Source of the DNA: Armatimonadota bacterium
GTDB lineage: Bacteria > Sysuimicrobiota > Sysuimicrobiia > Sysuimicrobiales > Kaftiobacteriaceae
Assembly (NCBI GenBank): GCA_037440005.1
Contig: JBBIUY010000031.1
Coordinates: forward strand, 1 to 34,911
DNA: 34,911 nucleotides
Reading direction: 5' to 3'
Shown here: piece by piece, positions 10,274-20,263 of the stretch
How positions within the stretch are numbered: the stretch's first letter is position 1
How the letters are laid out: each line of letters starts with the position of its first letter
The notes under the pieces: generated by a model
Databases searched by the model: none
What the model was told of the DNA's origin: nothing
The model's input: the letters and a program-made list of their open reading frames with translations, nothing else
Position numbers and translations under genes: made by a program

Positions 10274-10777
10274 ATGGGAGCCAAAACGGTCCGATCCAAG
10301 ACCCGGAAGTCCGGGCCGCAGGCCGGTCGGGCGGGGGCGCGGTCCCGCAAGCCGGCCCGCCCCGTCCGTGCCGAGCCCGCACGCCGCCCGGCCCGGCCGC
10401 TGACCCGCGCCCAGATCGCCGAACTGCGGGCGCTGCTGGAGCAGGAGCGCGACCGGCTGCTGGAGGAGCTGGAGGCGATGGAGGAACATGCCCCCGAGGT
10501 GGAGGAGCAGGTGGGCATGGACATCGGGGGCGGTTACGACGAGGACCTGGCCGACGTGGCCAGCACCACCTTCGAGCGCGAGAAGACCATCGCCCTGGAG
10601 TCCAGCGTGCAGGCCACCCTGACCCAGGTGGAGGAGGCCCTGCAGCGGATCGAGGCCGGGACCTACGGCACCTGCCTGCGCTGCGGGAACCCCATCGACT
10701 TTGCCCGGCTCCAGGTCCTGCCCTACGCGACGCTGTGCATCAACTGCAAGGAGCTGGAGGAAAAGGCCAGCCGCTGA
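10274..10777 (+). CDS. dksA: DksA/TraR C4-type zinc-finger protein (positional equivalent of B. subtilis ylyA)
   Basis: Coiled coil with DLADVA tip. Zinc finger [10 protein letters not shown]...[10 protein letters not shown]. Basic N-terminal extension. Confidence 0.88.
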   Translation: MGAKTVRSKTRKSGPQAGRAGARSRKPARPVRAEPARRPARPLTRAQIAELRALLEQERDRLLEELEAMEEHAPEVEEQVGMDIGGGYDEDLADVASTTFEREKTIALESSVQATLTQVEEALQRIEAGTYGTCLRCGNPIDFARLQVLPYATLCINCKELEEKASR

Positions 10778-11247
10778 CCCGGGGGGCGGGAGGGCTGTCC
10801 GCCGCCGCGCGGGCCGCCCTGGTGGCTCTGGTGGTGGCGGCGGATCAGGCGGCCAAGGCCCTGGTGGGCTCTGTGCTCCCGGTGGGCGCCTCGGTGCCGG
10901 TGATCCCCGGCGTGCTGGCTCTGACCCACGTGCACAACCCCGGGGTGGCCTTCAGCCTGCTGCGGGACGTCCCCGCCTCCCTGCCCGCGGCCCTGACGGC
11001 GGTCCTGCTGGCCCTGCTGTTCGGCCGGCCCCGCTGGGTGCCCCCGCCGGCGCAGGCGGGGCTGGCGGTGCTGTGCGGCGGCGCGGTGGGCAACCTCGTC
11101 GACCGGGTGCGGATCGGGGCGGTGGTGGACTACGTGGACCTGCGGGTGTGGCCGGTGTTCAACCTGGCCGATGTGGCGGTGACGGCGGGCGCCGCCGCGG
11201 TCCTGCTGGCCCTGGCGATCCCGTCCTCCGCGCGGGGTGAGCGGTGA
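10774..11247 (+). CDS. lspA: Lipoprotein signal peptidase II (start uncertain: CTG 10774, CTG 10795 or GTG 10822)
   Basis: [23 protein letters not shown], and VVDY plus WPVFNLAD carrying the catalytic Asp pair. Stop overlaps the next GTG. Confidence 0.9.
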   Translation: MTRGAGGLSAAARAALVALVVAADQAAKALVGSVLPVGASVPVIPGVLALTHVHNPGVAFSLLRDVPASLPAALTAVLLALLFGRPRWVPPPAQAGLAVLCGGAVGNLVDRVRIGAVVDYVDLRVWPVFNLADVAVTAGAAAVLLALAIPSSARGER

Positions 11248-12020
11248 AACCCGTTCTGGTGCAGCTCGGCCCGGTCCCCATCTCGTCCTTCGGCGTGTTC
11301 CTGCTGCTGGCGTTCGTGGTGGCGGTGTCCATGGCCCGCGCCCGGGGGCATGCTTTGGGCGTGGCTCCCGCCCAGATGCTGGACGTGGGGCTGTACATCA
11401 TCATGGCGGGCATCCTGGCCGGCCGGCTCGGGTACGTGCTGGTCAACCTCCCCGCCTTCGCCGCCGAGCCCCTGCGGGTGCTGGCTCTGTGGCAGGACGC
11501 CGGGCTGGTGTTCTTCGGCGCCCTGGCGGGAGGCGTCCTGGTGGCCGTGGTGGCCGCCCGCAGCCTGCGGGTGGCCCCGCTGCGCTTTCTCGACGCGCTG
11601 GCGCCCGGGGCGTCGGTGGGCGTGGCCGTGGCCATGGTGGGCGCCTGGATGCACGGGCTGCTGGTGGGGCGACCCACCACCGTCCCCTGGGCGGTGTCGG
11701 TGATGCTGGAGACGCGCCACCCGGCGCCCATCTACCTGCTGGTGGCCGCCGTGGGGATCTACCTGGTCCTGCGGTCCCAGGAGGCCCGGACGGCACCGGA
11801 GGGGACGCTGTTCTTTCTGTGGTTGCTGCTGTACGGGGTGGCCCGCGGCGCCGTGGAGTTCTTCGTGGACAGCCCGCCGGTGGCGGGGCCGCTGACCCTG
11901 GCGCACCTGGCCAGCCTGCTGGTGGTGGCGGCGGGCGCGGCCGGTCTGGCGGCGGTGTCCCGCGGGGGCCTGCGACCCTCCGGCGTGCCCGCGCCCCCGG
12001 GGGATCCGCCGGCCTCCTGA
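11244..12020 (+). CDS. lgt: Prolipoprotein diacylglyceryl transferase (Lgt)-family membrane protein with degenerate signature motifs
   Basis: [69 protein letters not shown] overlap with lspA. Confidence 0.8.
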   Translation: MKPVLVQLGPVPISSFGVFLLLAFVVAVSMARARGHALGVAPAQMLDVGLYIIMAGILAGRLGYVLVNLPAFAAEPLRVLALWQDAGLVFFGALAGGVLVAVVAARSLRVAPLRFLDALAPGASVGVAVAMVGAWMHGLLVGRPTTVPWAVSVMLETRHPAPIYLLVAAVGIYLVLRSQEARTAPEGTLFFLWLLLYGVARGAVEFFVDSPPVAGPLTLAHLASLLVVAAGAAGLAAVSRGGLRPSGVPAPPGDPPAS

Positions 12021-13628
<1,608 letters not shown>

Positions 13629-13655
13629 CGGGCGCCGAGAGTCCGCCGGCGCCCG
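13629..13655. terminator. GC hairpin between convergent pyrR and rqcH (possible terminator)
   Basis: 9-bp perfect stem CGGGCGCCG/CGGCGCCCG with a 9-nt loop. No U-tract. Confidence 0.35.
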
Positions 13656-13664
13656 GAGGACAGC

Positions 13665-15356
13665 TCACGCCGGCGGGGGCAGCGCCGGCCGGACATACAC
13701 GGTGCGGGCGCGGCTGTAGCTGACCACTCCCGGGCGGGCGCCGGGCGGCTTGCGGACGTGCCGGCGCTCGGTGTAGTCCACCGCCACCTCTCCCGCCTGC
13801 CGCGCCCGGCTGTAGTAGGCCGCCAGGGCCGCGGCCTGCCGGATCGCCTCCTCGGACGGCGGGCCGCCCTGCAGGATCACGTGGGCGCCGGGCACGCCCC
13901 GGGCGTGAAACCACAGGTCACCGGCCCGCGCGACGGCGAAGGTCAGCCGGTCGTTGTCCCGGGTGCTCCTCCCCACCAGCGCCACGGCGCCGCCGTCCAG
14001 CACGTAGCGGCGCGGTCCCACCCGCGGGCGCGCCGGCGGGGCGGTCCGCAGGGGTGGACCGTAGCCCTGCTCGGCCAGCTCCCGGCGCAGCTCCGTGAGC
14101 TCGTCCACTGCGGTGGCCTGGTCGGCCAGGGTCAGCGCCGCCTCCAGATACTCGCGGTCCATGCCCAGGACCTGCAGGCGGTCCCGCAGGTGGGGCAGGG
14201 CGTCCCGCATCCGCGCGTACCGCGCGAACAGCCGGCGGGCGTTGTCCACGGGCGAGAGGGCCGGGTCCAGCGGGATGCGCACGGGCGCGCCCGAAAAGTC
14301 CGGCAGGACCACCTCCGCCGCGCCGGCGGGCACCTGACGGGCGTAGGCCAGCAGCAGCTCGCCCTGCTCGCGCAGCCGGGACGCCCCCTCGGCCTCCTGC
14401 ACGGCCATCCGGACGCGGGACGCGGCGCGGTCCACGCGCTCCAGCGCGGCGGCCACCACCCGCCGCACGGCGGCGCGGGCCTCCTCCACCCGCGCCGCCG
14501 CAGCCTGCCGGCCCAGGACCGCCTCCACCGCCTCGCTCATGGTGGGCGCCGGCTCGGCGCGCCGCGCGGCCAGGGAGACGTAGGGAAACGGCGTGCACCC
14601 CACCGCCTCCCCGTCGTCCCGGTAGACCAGGGGGGCGAACCGGCCGGCGGCCACCAGCCCCGCGACCTCCCGCAGCGCGTCCCACAGCCGCCGCAGATCG
14701 TCGGAGGACTGCGCCGGCCGGTGGGGGGCCACGCCCGCCCGCGCGCAGATCTCCCGGGCGGTGGCGGGCCCCAGGCCCAGCACCACCTCCCGCAGGCGGT
14801 CGGCCGCGGGGCGGGCGAATCCCACGGCCTCCTGCAGGGCGTCCGGCGTCCACTCGTCCGGCGGCCGCCCGGAAGGGGGCGGGGGGAGGTAGGGACGTCC
14901 GGGCGCCACCTCCCGGACCGGCGAGCGCGCCGGGCGCAGGCATCCCCGGACGACGCCGTCCTCCACCAGGATCAAATTGCTGTGCCGGCCCATCACCTCG
15001 GCCACCAGCAGGGCCGGCCCCAGGGACGTGGCGCACCGCAGGATCGCCACGCGCTCAAAGGGCACCTGCTCCACCGCCTGGACCCGCGCGTCCAGCAGGC
15101 GGCTGCGCAGCAGCCGGACGAAGTCCGCAGGCTCGCCGCCCGGGCCGGGGGCGGAGGTCAGGTGCACCCGGGCCCACCGCGGGTGCGCCGAGTACAGCAC
15201 CGTGCGCTCCCCCGACCCCGACCGGACGACCACCGCCACCTCGTCGGCGGCCGGCTGGGTGATCCGGACCACCCGGGCGCCCACCACCGCCCCCCGCAGG
15301 TCCGCCACCACCGCGGCCAGGACCAGGCTGTCGAAGGACGTGAGCGGGCGATCCAT
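13665..15356 (-). CDS. rqcH: Ribosome quality control protein RqcH (NFACT/FbpA family)
   Basis: SFDSLVLAAV N-terminus, EVMGRHSNLIL, coiled coil, NFACT-R motifs (VGRSTRDNDRLT, WFHARGVPGAHV, AALAAYYS, VDYT, VRKPPGARPG). Confidence 0.92.
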   Translation of the reverse strand: MDRPLTSFDSLVLAAVVADLRGAVVGARVVRITQPAADEVAVVVRSGSGERTVLYSAHPRWARVHLTSAPGPGGEPADFVRLLRSRLLDARVQAVEQVPFERVAILRCATSLGPALLVAEVMGRHSNLILVEDGVVRGCLRPARSPVREVAPGRPYLPPPPSGRPPDEWTPDALQEAVGFARPAADRLREVVLGLGPATAREICARAGVAPHRPAQSSDDLRRLWDALREVAGLVAAGRFAPLVYRDDGEAVGCTPFPYVSLAARRAEPAPTMSEAVEAVLGRQAAAARVEEARAAVRRVVAAALERVDRAASRVRMAVQEAEGASRLREQGELLLAYARQVPAGAAEVVLPDFSGAPVRIPLDPALSPVDNARRLFARYARMRDALPHLRDRLQVLGMDREYLEAALTLADQATAVDELTELRRELAEQGYGPPLRTAPPARPRVGPRRYVLDGGAVALVGRSTRDNDRLTFAVARAGDLWFHARGVPGAHVILQGGPPSEEAIRQAAALAAYYSRARQAGEVAVDYTERRHVRKPPGARPGVVSYSRARTVYVRPALPPPA

Positions 15357-15442
15357 AAATAAGGGAAGAGGGCCCCTCCCATCTCCCATCTTCCCTCTTC
15401 CCTCCCCCCAGGAACCTCCTCGGGGGAACTCGAAGGACGTGA
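15331..15442. repeat. 13-bp direct repeats enclosing an 11-bp inverted repeat and heptamer-like tandem units
   Basis: TCGAAGGACGTGA at 15331-15343 and 15430-15442. AGGGAAGAGGG (15362-15372) pairs with CCCTCTTCCCT (15393-15403). Units CCTCCCA-TCTCCCA-TCTTCCC-TCTTCCC. Confidence 0.75.
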
Positions 15443-15446
15443 CGGC

Positions 15447-16328
15447 ATGGTCCGCAGCATGACCGGATTCGGCACCGCCGAGGTGGTCACGTCCGCCGGA
15501 CGGTTCCGGGTGGAGGCGCGGGCGGTCAACCACCGGTTCGCGGAGGTGGTGGTGCGCCTGCCCCGGGAACTGTCGGCGCTGGAAGACCGGGTGCGCCCGC
15601 TGGTCCAGGGGCGCGTGTTGCGGGGCCGGGTCGAGGTCACTATAATGAGGGACGAACGCGCGGGACGCACGCGGACGGTGCGGTCCGACGTCGACCTGGC
15701 GCGCGCGTACGCTCAGGCGTTGCGGGAGCTGGCCGACGTCCTGGGCGTGTCCGGCGAGTTCGGCCTCCCCCTCATCGCCTCGTTCCCCGACGTGCTGAAG
15801 GTGGAGGAGGCCCGCGAGGACCTGGAGGCGCTGTGGCCGGCGCTGGCGCCGGCGGTGGAGGAGGCCCTGGACGCGCTGGTGGCCATGCGGGAGGCCGAGG
15901 GGCGCCGCCTGGCCCAGGACCTGCTGGCGCGGCTGGACCGGGTGGACGGCATCCTGGCGCAGGTGGAACGCCGGGCCCTGGCGGTCCGCGCCGTGTACGC
16001 CCAGCGGCTGCGCCAGCGCATCGCCCAGCTGCTGGGCGAGGTGCCGGTGGACGACGCGCGCCTGGCCATGGAGGTGGCGGTGTTCGCCGAGCGGTCCGAC
16101 GTGAGCGAGGAGGTCACACGCCTGCGCAGCCACCTGGCCCAGTTCCGCCACGACGTGACCGCGGCCGCGGGCCCCGTGGGTCGTCGCCTGGAGTTCGTCT
16201 TGCAGGAGATGCACCGGGAGGCCACCACCATCGGCGCCAAGGCCAACGACCTGGACATCGCCCGGGCGGTGATCGAGATCAAGGGCGAGCTGGAGAGCCT
16301 CCGGGAGCAGGTGCAGAACATCGAGTGA
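15447..16328 (+). CDS. yicC: YicC/YloC family endoribonuclease
   Basis: [61 protein letters not shown]. Confidence 0.95.
   Translation: MVRSMTGFGTAEVVTSAGRFRVEARAVNHRFAEVVVRLPRELSALEDRVRPLVQGRVLRGRVEVTIMRDERAGRTRTVRSDVDLARAYAQALRELADVLGVSGEFGLPLIASFPDVLKVEEAREDLEALWPALAPAVEEALDALVAMREAEGRRLAQDLLARLDRVDGILAQVERRALAVRAVYAQRLRQRIAQLLGEVPVDDARLAMEVAVFAERSDVSEEVTRLRSHLAQFRHDVTAAAGPVGRRLEFVLQEMHREATTIGAKANDLDIARAVIEIKGELESLREQVQNIE
15618..15646 (+). promoter_or_regulatory. Internal sigma-70 promoter within yicC
   Basis: TTGCGG (15618-15623), N17, TATAAT (15641-15646). Encoded by codons atypical here (TTG, ACT, ATA, then AGG). Confidence 0.6.
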
Positions 16329-16354
16329 CGGCCACAGCGGGCTGGGTGGTGGGC

Positions 16355-16624
16355 GTGAAGGACGGCAGCGAACCCCGCCTGATCAACATCGGCTTCGGCA
16401 ACATCGTGGCGGCCAACCGCATCGTCGCCATCGTCGCCCCGGACTCGGCGCCCATCCGGCGCATCATCCAGGAGGCCCGGGACCGGGGGGCGCTGATCGA
16501 CGCCACCTACGGACGCCGCACCCGGGCCGTGGTCATCACCGACAGCGGTCACGTGGTCCTGTCGGCGGTGCAACCCGAGACGGTGGCCCACCGCTTTGTC
16601 GGCGCCGACGACGAGGCCCTCTGA
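16355..16624 (+). CDS. remA: RemA/DUF370 family regulator
   Basis: [57 protein letters not shown]. Alternative GTG at 16325. Confidence 0.93.
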   Translation: MKDGSEPRLINIGFGNIVAANRIVAIVAPDSAPIRRIIQEARDRGALIDATYGRRTRAVVITDSGHVVLSAVQPETVAHRFVGADDEAL

Positions 16625-16627
16625 CCC

Positions 16628-17203
16628 ATGATCCTGGCCATCGCCGGCCCCATCGGCGCCGGCAAGACCACCGTGGCCCGGGGGCTGGCGGCCCGGCTGG
16701 GGTACCGGTACATCTCGGGCGGAGAGGTCTTCCGCGCCCTGGCCCGGGAGCGGGGCGTGTCCGTGACCGACATCAACCGCCTGGCCGAGCAGAACCCCGA
16801 GCTGGACCGGGAGGTGGACCGCCGCCAGCGCGAACTGGCCCGGGCCGGCGACTGCGTGGTGGAGAGCCGGCTGGCCGGGTGGATGGTGGACGCCGACCTG
16901 AAGGTCTGGCTGCGGGCGCCGGTGGAGGTGCGGGCCGAGCGGGTCGCCCGGCGGGAGGGCGTGTCGGTGGAGGAGGCCCGGGCGGACCTGCTGGAGCGGG
17001 AACGCAGCGAGTGGACCCGCTACCGGGCGCTGTACAACATCGACATCACCGACCTGTCGCCCTACCACGTGATCATCGACACCACCTGTTGGAGCGCCGA
17101 CGCCATCGTGGACGCGCTGGTGGGGCTGGCGCGCGCCCTGCGGCGGTCGGTCCGGGGGCCCGGAGCGCCGCCGGTGGGCACGGAGGCCGGAGGCGCCCGA
17201 TGA
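16628..17203 (+). CDS. cmk: Cytidylate kinase, archaeal-type (short AAA/NK family)
   Basis: IAGPIGAGKTTVA, SGGEVFRALARERG, DREVDRRQ, VVESRLAGW, LKVWLRAP..VRAERVARRE, RYRALYNID. Confidence 0.8.
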   Translation: MILAIAGPIGAGKTTVARGLAARLGYRYISGGEVFRALARERGVSVTDINRLAEQNPELDREVDRRQRELARAGDCVVESRLAGWMVDADLKVWLRAPVEVRAERVARREGVSVEEARADLLERERSEWTRYRALYNIDITDLSPYHVIIDTTCWSADAIVDALVGLARALRRSVRGPGAPPVGTEAGGAR

Positions 17204-17760
17204 CCGCGGGCCGGCTGGCGGGGCGGGTGGTGGTGGTGGGCGTGACGGGGGGCGTGGCGGCGTTCAAGGCGGCCCACGTGGTGAGCGGGCTGCGCAAGCT
17301 CGGCGCCGAGGTCCACGTGGCCATGACCCCCGCCGCCACCCAGTTCGTCTCGCCCCTCACCTTCCGCACCCTCTCCCAGCACCCGGTGGTCACCGACATG
17401 TGGGAGCCCGACCTGCCCCACCCCGAACCCCACCTGTGGCTGGGGGAGCGGGCCGACCTGGTGGTGGTGGCGCCGGCCACGGCCCACACCCTCGCCAAGC
17501 TGGCCCTGGGACTGGCCGACGACGTGGTCGCCGCCGTGGTGCTGGCCACCCGCGCGCCGGTCCTGGTCGCTCCGGCGATGGCCCCTCCCATGTACGAGCA
17601 CCCCGCCACCCAGCAGCACCTGCAGACCCTGCGCCAGCGCGGGGTGCGGGTGCTGGGCCCGGTGGTGGGCTGGCTGGCGTCCGGCCGGGAGGGCATCGGC
17701 CGGATGGTCGAACCCGAGGCCATCCTGGACGAGATCTGCGCCCTGCTGGAGCGCCGGTAG
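17200..17760 (+). CDS. coaC: Stand-alone HFCD flavoprotein, phosphopantothenoylcysteine decarboxylase domain only
   Basis: GVTGGVAAFKA, VAMTPAATQFVSPLTF, APATAHTLAKLALGLADD, PAM..PM, LASG.EG.GRM. Ends at 186 aa without a CoaB domain. ATGA overlap with the kinase gene. Confidence 0.85.
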   Translation: MTAGRLAGRVVVVGVTGGVAAFKAAHVVSGLRKLGAEVHVAMTPAATQFVSPLTFRTLSQHPVVTDMWEPDLPHPEPHLWLGERADLVVVAPATAHTLAKLALGLADDVVAAVVLATRAPVLVAPAMAPPMYEHPATQQHLQTLRQRGVRVLGPVVGWLASGREGIGRMVEPEAILDEICALLERR

Positions 17761-17764
17761 CGGC

Positions 17765-19702
17765 GTGATCTCCCCGCCCTTTGCCGACGTGGCCCTGGAC
17801 GTTCCCCTGCGGGCCGGCGACCGGGTGTGGACGTTTGCCGTCCCCGACGACCTGCGGCCGCGGCTGCGGGTGGGCACGCCGGTGCGGGTCCCTCTCCGGC
17901 GCGCCAGCGCCCTGGGGTTTGTGGTCCGCCTCACCTCCGTCGCCCCCGCCCGTCCCCGGCCCATCACCGCCGTGGAAGACCGGCTGCCGGACCTGCCCGC
18001 AGACCTGGTGGCGCTGGCGTGGTGGATGGCCGACTACTACGTGTGCACCCTCGGCGAGGCGATCGCGGCCATGCTGCCGCCTCCCCAGGCCGCCCTCCGC
18101 CCGCGGGCGGATCCGCCGCCGGTGCACCAGCCGTCCGCAGGGGCAGACGCCGACGACTCCCTGGGCGTGCTGCCGCTGCTGGCGGGAGAGCGGGCCCGGG
18201 TGGCGGTCGTCGGCGACGAGGGCCGGTTCGACGCCTACGCGGCCGCCGTGCGGGCGACGCTGGACCGGGGCCAGGCCGCCATCGTCCTGGCGCCGGAGGT
18301 GGCCCAGGCCGAGCGGCTGGCTCCCTGGCTGGCCCGGCGGGTGGGAGCGCCCGTGGGGCTGCTCACCGGTGCGGTCGGCGACCGCGCCCGCTGGAGCCTG
18401 TGGCGCGCGCTGATCGCGGGCCATCCGCGGGTGGTGGTGGGGACGCGCCTGGCGGTGTTCGCGCCGACCCCCGGCCTCGGCCTGATCGTGGTGGAGCAGG
18501 AAGACGACGGCGCGTACAAGGAAGAGCGGGAACCCCGCTACCACGCCCGCACCGTGGCCGAGGCCCGGGCGGACCTGGTGGGCGCACGGCTGCTGGTGGG
18601 CACCCCGGCCCCGTCCCTGGAGGTGGTGTACGGGATTCGCCAGGGCCGGCTGACTTCGGTCGCGGCGCCCGCGGCCGGGCGCGCCCCGGTGGCCGTGGCG
18701 GACGTGCGCGCCGAGGCGGCGTCCCTGGGCGGCCTGCTCTCCCGCCGGCTCTACCAGGCGCTGGCCCGGACCCTCCCGGCCGGGCGGGCCATGATCTTCG
18801 TCCCGCGCCGGGGGTATGCGGACTTTCTGCTGTGCCACGAATGCGGGACGGTGCCGCGCTGTCCCCGCTGCGGGGTGGCCTTCACCTACCACCGGGAGCG
18901 CACGCGCCCGACCCCCCAGGTCCAGCTGGTCTGCCACCTGTGCGCCCGGCGGGCGGACGTGCCACAGGTGTGTCCGGCCTGCGGGGGCGCCCACCTGCGG
19001 CCCCACGGGGTCGGCACCGAACGGGTGGAGGCCACGGTGCGGCGGCTGTTCAGGGGGGTGCCGGTGTTCCGCCTGGACGCCGAGACCGCTTCCACCGAGG
19101 GGGCCCAGCAGCAGGTCTGGGGCCAGTTCGGGCGGCGCGGGGGCGTCCTGGTGGGCACCCAGCTGCTGGTCCGGGGCGTCGGACAGGTCCGGGCGGCGGT
19201 GGTGGGAGCCGTGGGGGTGGACGCGGCCCTGCACCTGCCCGACTTCCGCGCGGCCGAGCGGACCTACCAGACCCTGGCGCGGTTGCGGCGCCTGGCCACC
19301 CAGGAGATGATCATCCAGACGTTCCTGCCCACCCATCCCGTGTGGCTGGCCCTGGCCCGGGACGACCCAGACCGTTTCTACCGGACGGAACTGGAGGTGC
19401 GGGAGCGGTTTGGCTACCCGCCCGCCCGCCCCCTGGTGAACGTGCTCGTGACCGGACCGTCTGCAGATGCGGCGCAGGACGCCGCCCGCACCATCGCCGA
19501 CGCCCTGGCCGCCGACGCGGACGTGCTGGGCCCCTCGCCAGCTCCCGGCGGGAGGCCGCGGGGCCGGGTGCGCTGGCAGCTGCTGGTCAAAGAGCGCGAG
19601 CCCGGCCGCGCGCGGGCGGCTCTGGCGGGCCTGCTCGTCTCCCGCCGGCTGCCCCGGAGCGTCTCGGTGACGGTGGACGCCGATCCCACCGACCTGCTGT
19701 AG
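17765..19702 (+). CDS. priA: Primosomal protein N' (PriA), helicase motifs degenerate
   Basis: N-terminal 3'-binding domain (ADVALD, VRVP, WMADYY), LAPEV, VVVGTRLAVFAP, YKEEREPRYHAR, RRGYA, four CxxC pairs, LVGTQ, PDFRAAERTYQ, YPP. Confidence 0.92.
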   Translation: MISPPFADVALDVPLRAGDRVWTFAVPDDLRPRLRVGTPVRVPLRRASALGFVVRLTSVAPARPRPITAVEDRLPDLPADLVALAWWMADYYVCTLGEAIAAMLPPPQAALRPRADPPPVHQPSAGADADDSLGVLPLLAGERARVAVVGDEGRFDAYAAAVRATLDRGQAAIVLAPEVAQAERLAPWLARRVGAPVGLLTGAVGDRARWSLWRALIAGHPRVVVGTRLAVFAPTPGLGLIVVEQEDDGAYKEEREPRYHARTVAEARADLVGARLLVGTPAPSLEVVYGIRQGRLTSVAAPAAGRAPVAVADVRAEAASLGGLLSRRLYQALARTLPAGRAMIFVPRRGYADFLLCHECGTVPRCPRCGVAFTYHRERTRPTPQVQLVCHLCARRADVPQVCPACGGAHLRPHGVGTERVEATVRRLFRGVPVFRLDAETASTEGAQQQVWGQFGRRGGVLVGTQLLVRGVGQVRAAVVGAVGVDAALHLPDFRAAERTYQTLARLRRLATQEMIIQTFLPTHPVWLALARDDPDRFYRTELEVRERFGYPPARPLVNVLVTGPSADAAQDAARTIADALAADADVLGPSPAPGGRPRGRVRWQLLVKEREPGRARAALAGLLVSRRLPRSVSVTVDADPTDLL

Positions 19703-19727
19703 CGCGCCGTCTGCGGGCGGATCCGGG

Positions 19728-19757
19728 TAGACCGACACCGCCCCCGTGCCCTACACT
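19728..19757 (+). promoter_or_regulatory. Putative sigma-70 promoter for leaderless def
   Basis: TAGACC (19728-19733), N18, TACACT (19752-19757). GTG start 8 nt downstream with no SD. Confidence 0.5.
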
Positions 19758-19765
19758 GAAATGTC

Positions 19766-20263
19766 GTGGAGATCGTTACCGTCAGCAGCCCCAACGCCGC
19801 CGTCCTCCGCCGCCGGGCGCGCCCGGTGGGGCGGGTGACCCCGCAGGTGCGCGCGCTCATCGACGGGATGGTGGAGACCATGCGCGCCGCCCAGGGCCTG
19901 GGCCTGGCGGCCCCCCAGGTGGGTGTCAGCCTGCGGGTGATCGTCGCCGAGGTGGACGGCCGGCTGCTGGCCCTGGTGGACCCCGTCATCGTCCGGGCCG
20001 AGGGTCAGCAACTGGGCACCGAGGGCTGCCTGTCCATCCCCGGGGTGGTGGCGGAGGTCCCCCGGGCCGACCGGGTGACCGTCCGGGGGAAGAACCGCCG
20101 CGGCCGGGGGGTCACCGTGACGGCCAGCGGATTGCTCAGCCGCGTCCTCCAGCACGAGATCGACCACCTGGACGGGATTCTGTTTTTGGACCGGGTGGTG
20201 GACCGGTCGACCGTCCGCCAGGTGGTGCAGGCGGCCGAAGTGGAGGCCGCCGTCTCCGGATGA
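19766..20263 (+). CDS. def: Peptide deformylase
   Basis: GLGLAAPQVG, EGCLS, QHEIDHLDG. Confidence 0.96.
   Translation: MEIVTVSSPNAAVLRRRARPVGRVTPQVRALIDGMVETMRAAQGLGLAAPQVGVSLRVIVAEVDGRLLALVDPVIVRAEGQQLGTEGCLSIPGVVAEVPRADRVTVRGKNRRGRGVTVTASGLLSRVLQHEIDHLDGILFLDRVVDRSTVRQVVQAAEVEAAVSG

Noticed and set aside
13629..13664. PyrR-binding attenuator after pyrR
   Set aside because: AGTCC...GAGG is present but not with the compact binding-loop spacing, and no pyr gene follows on this strand.
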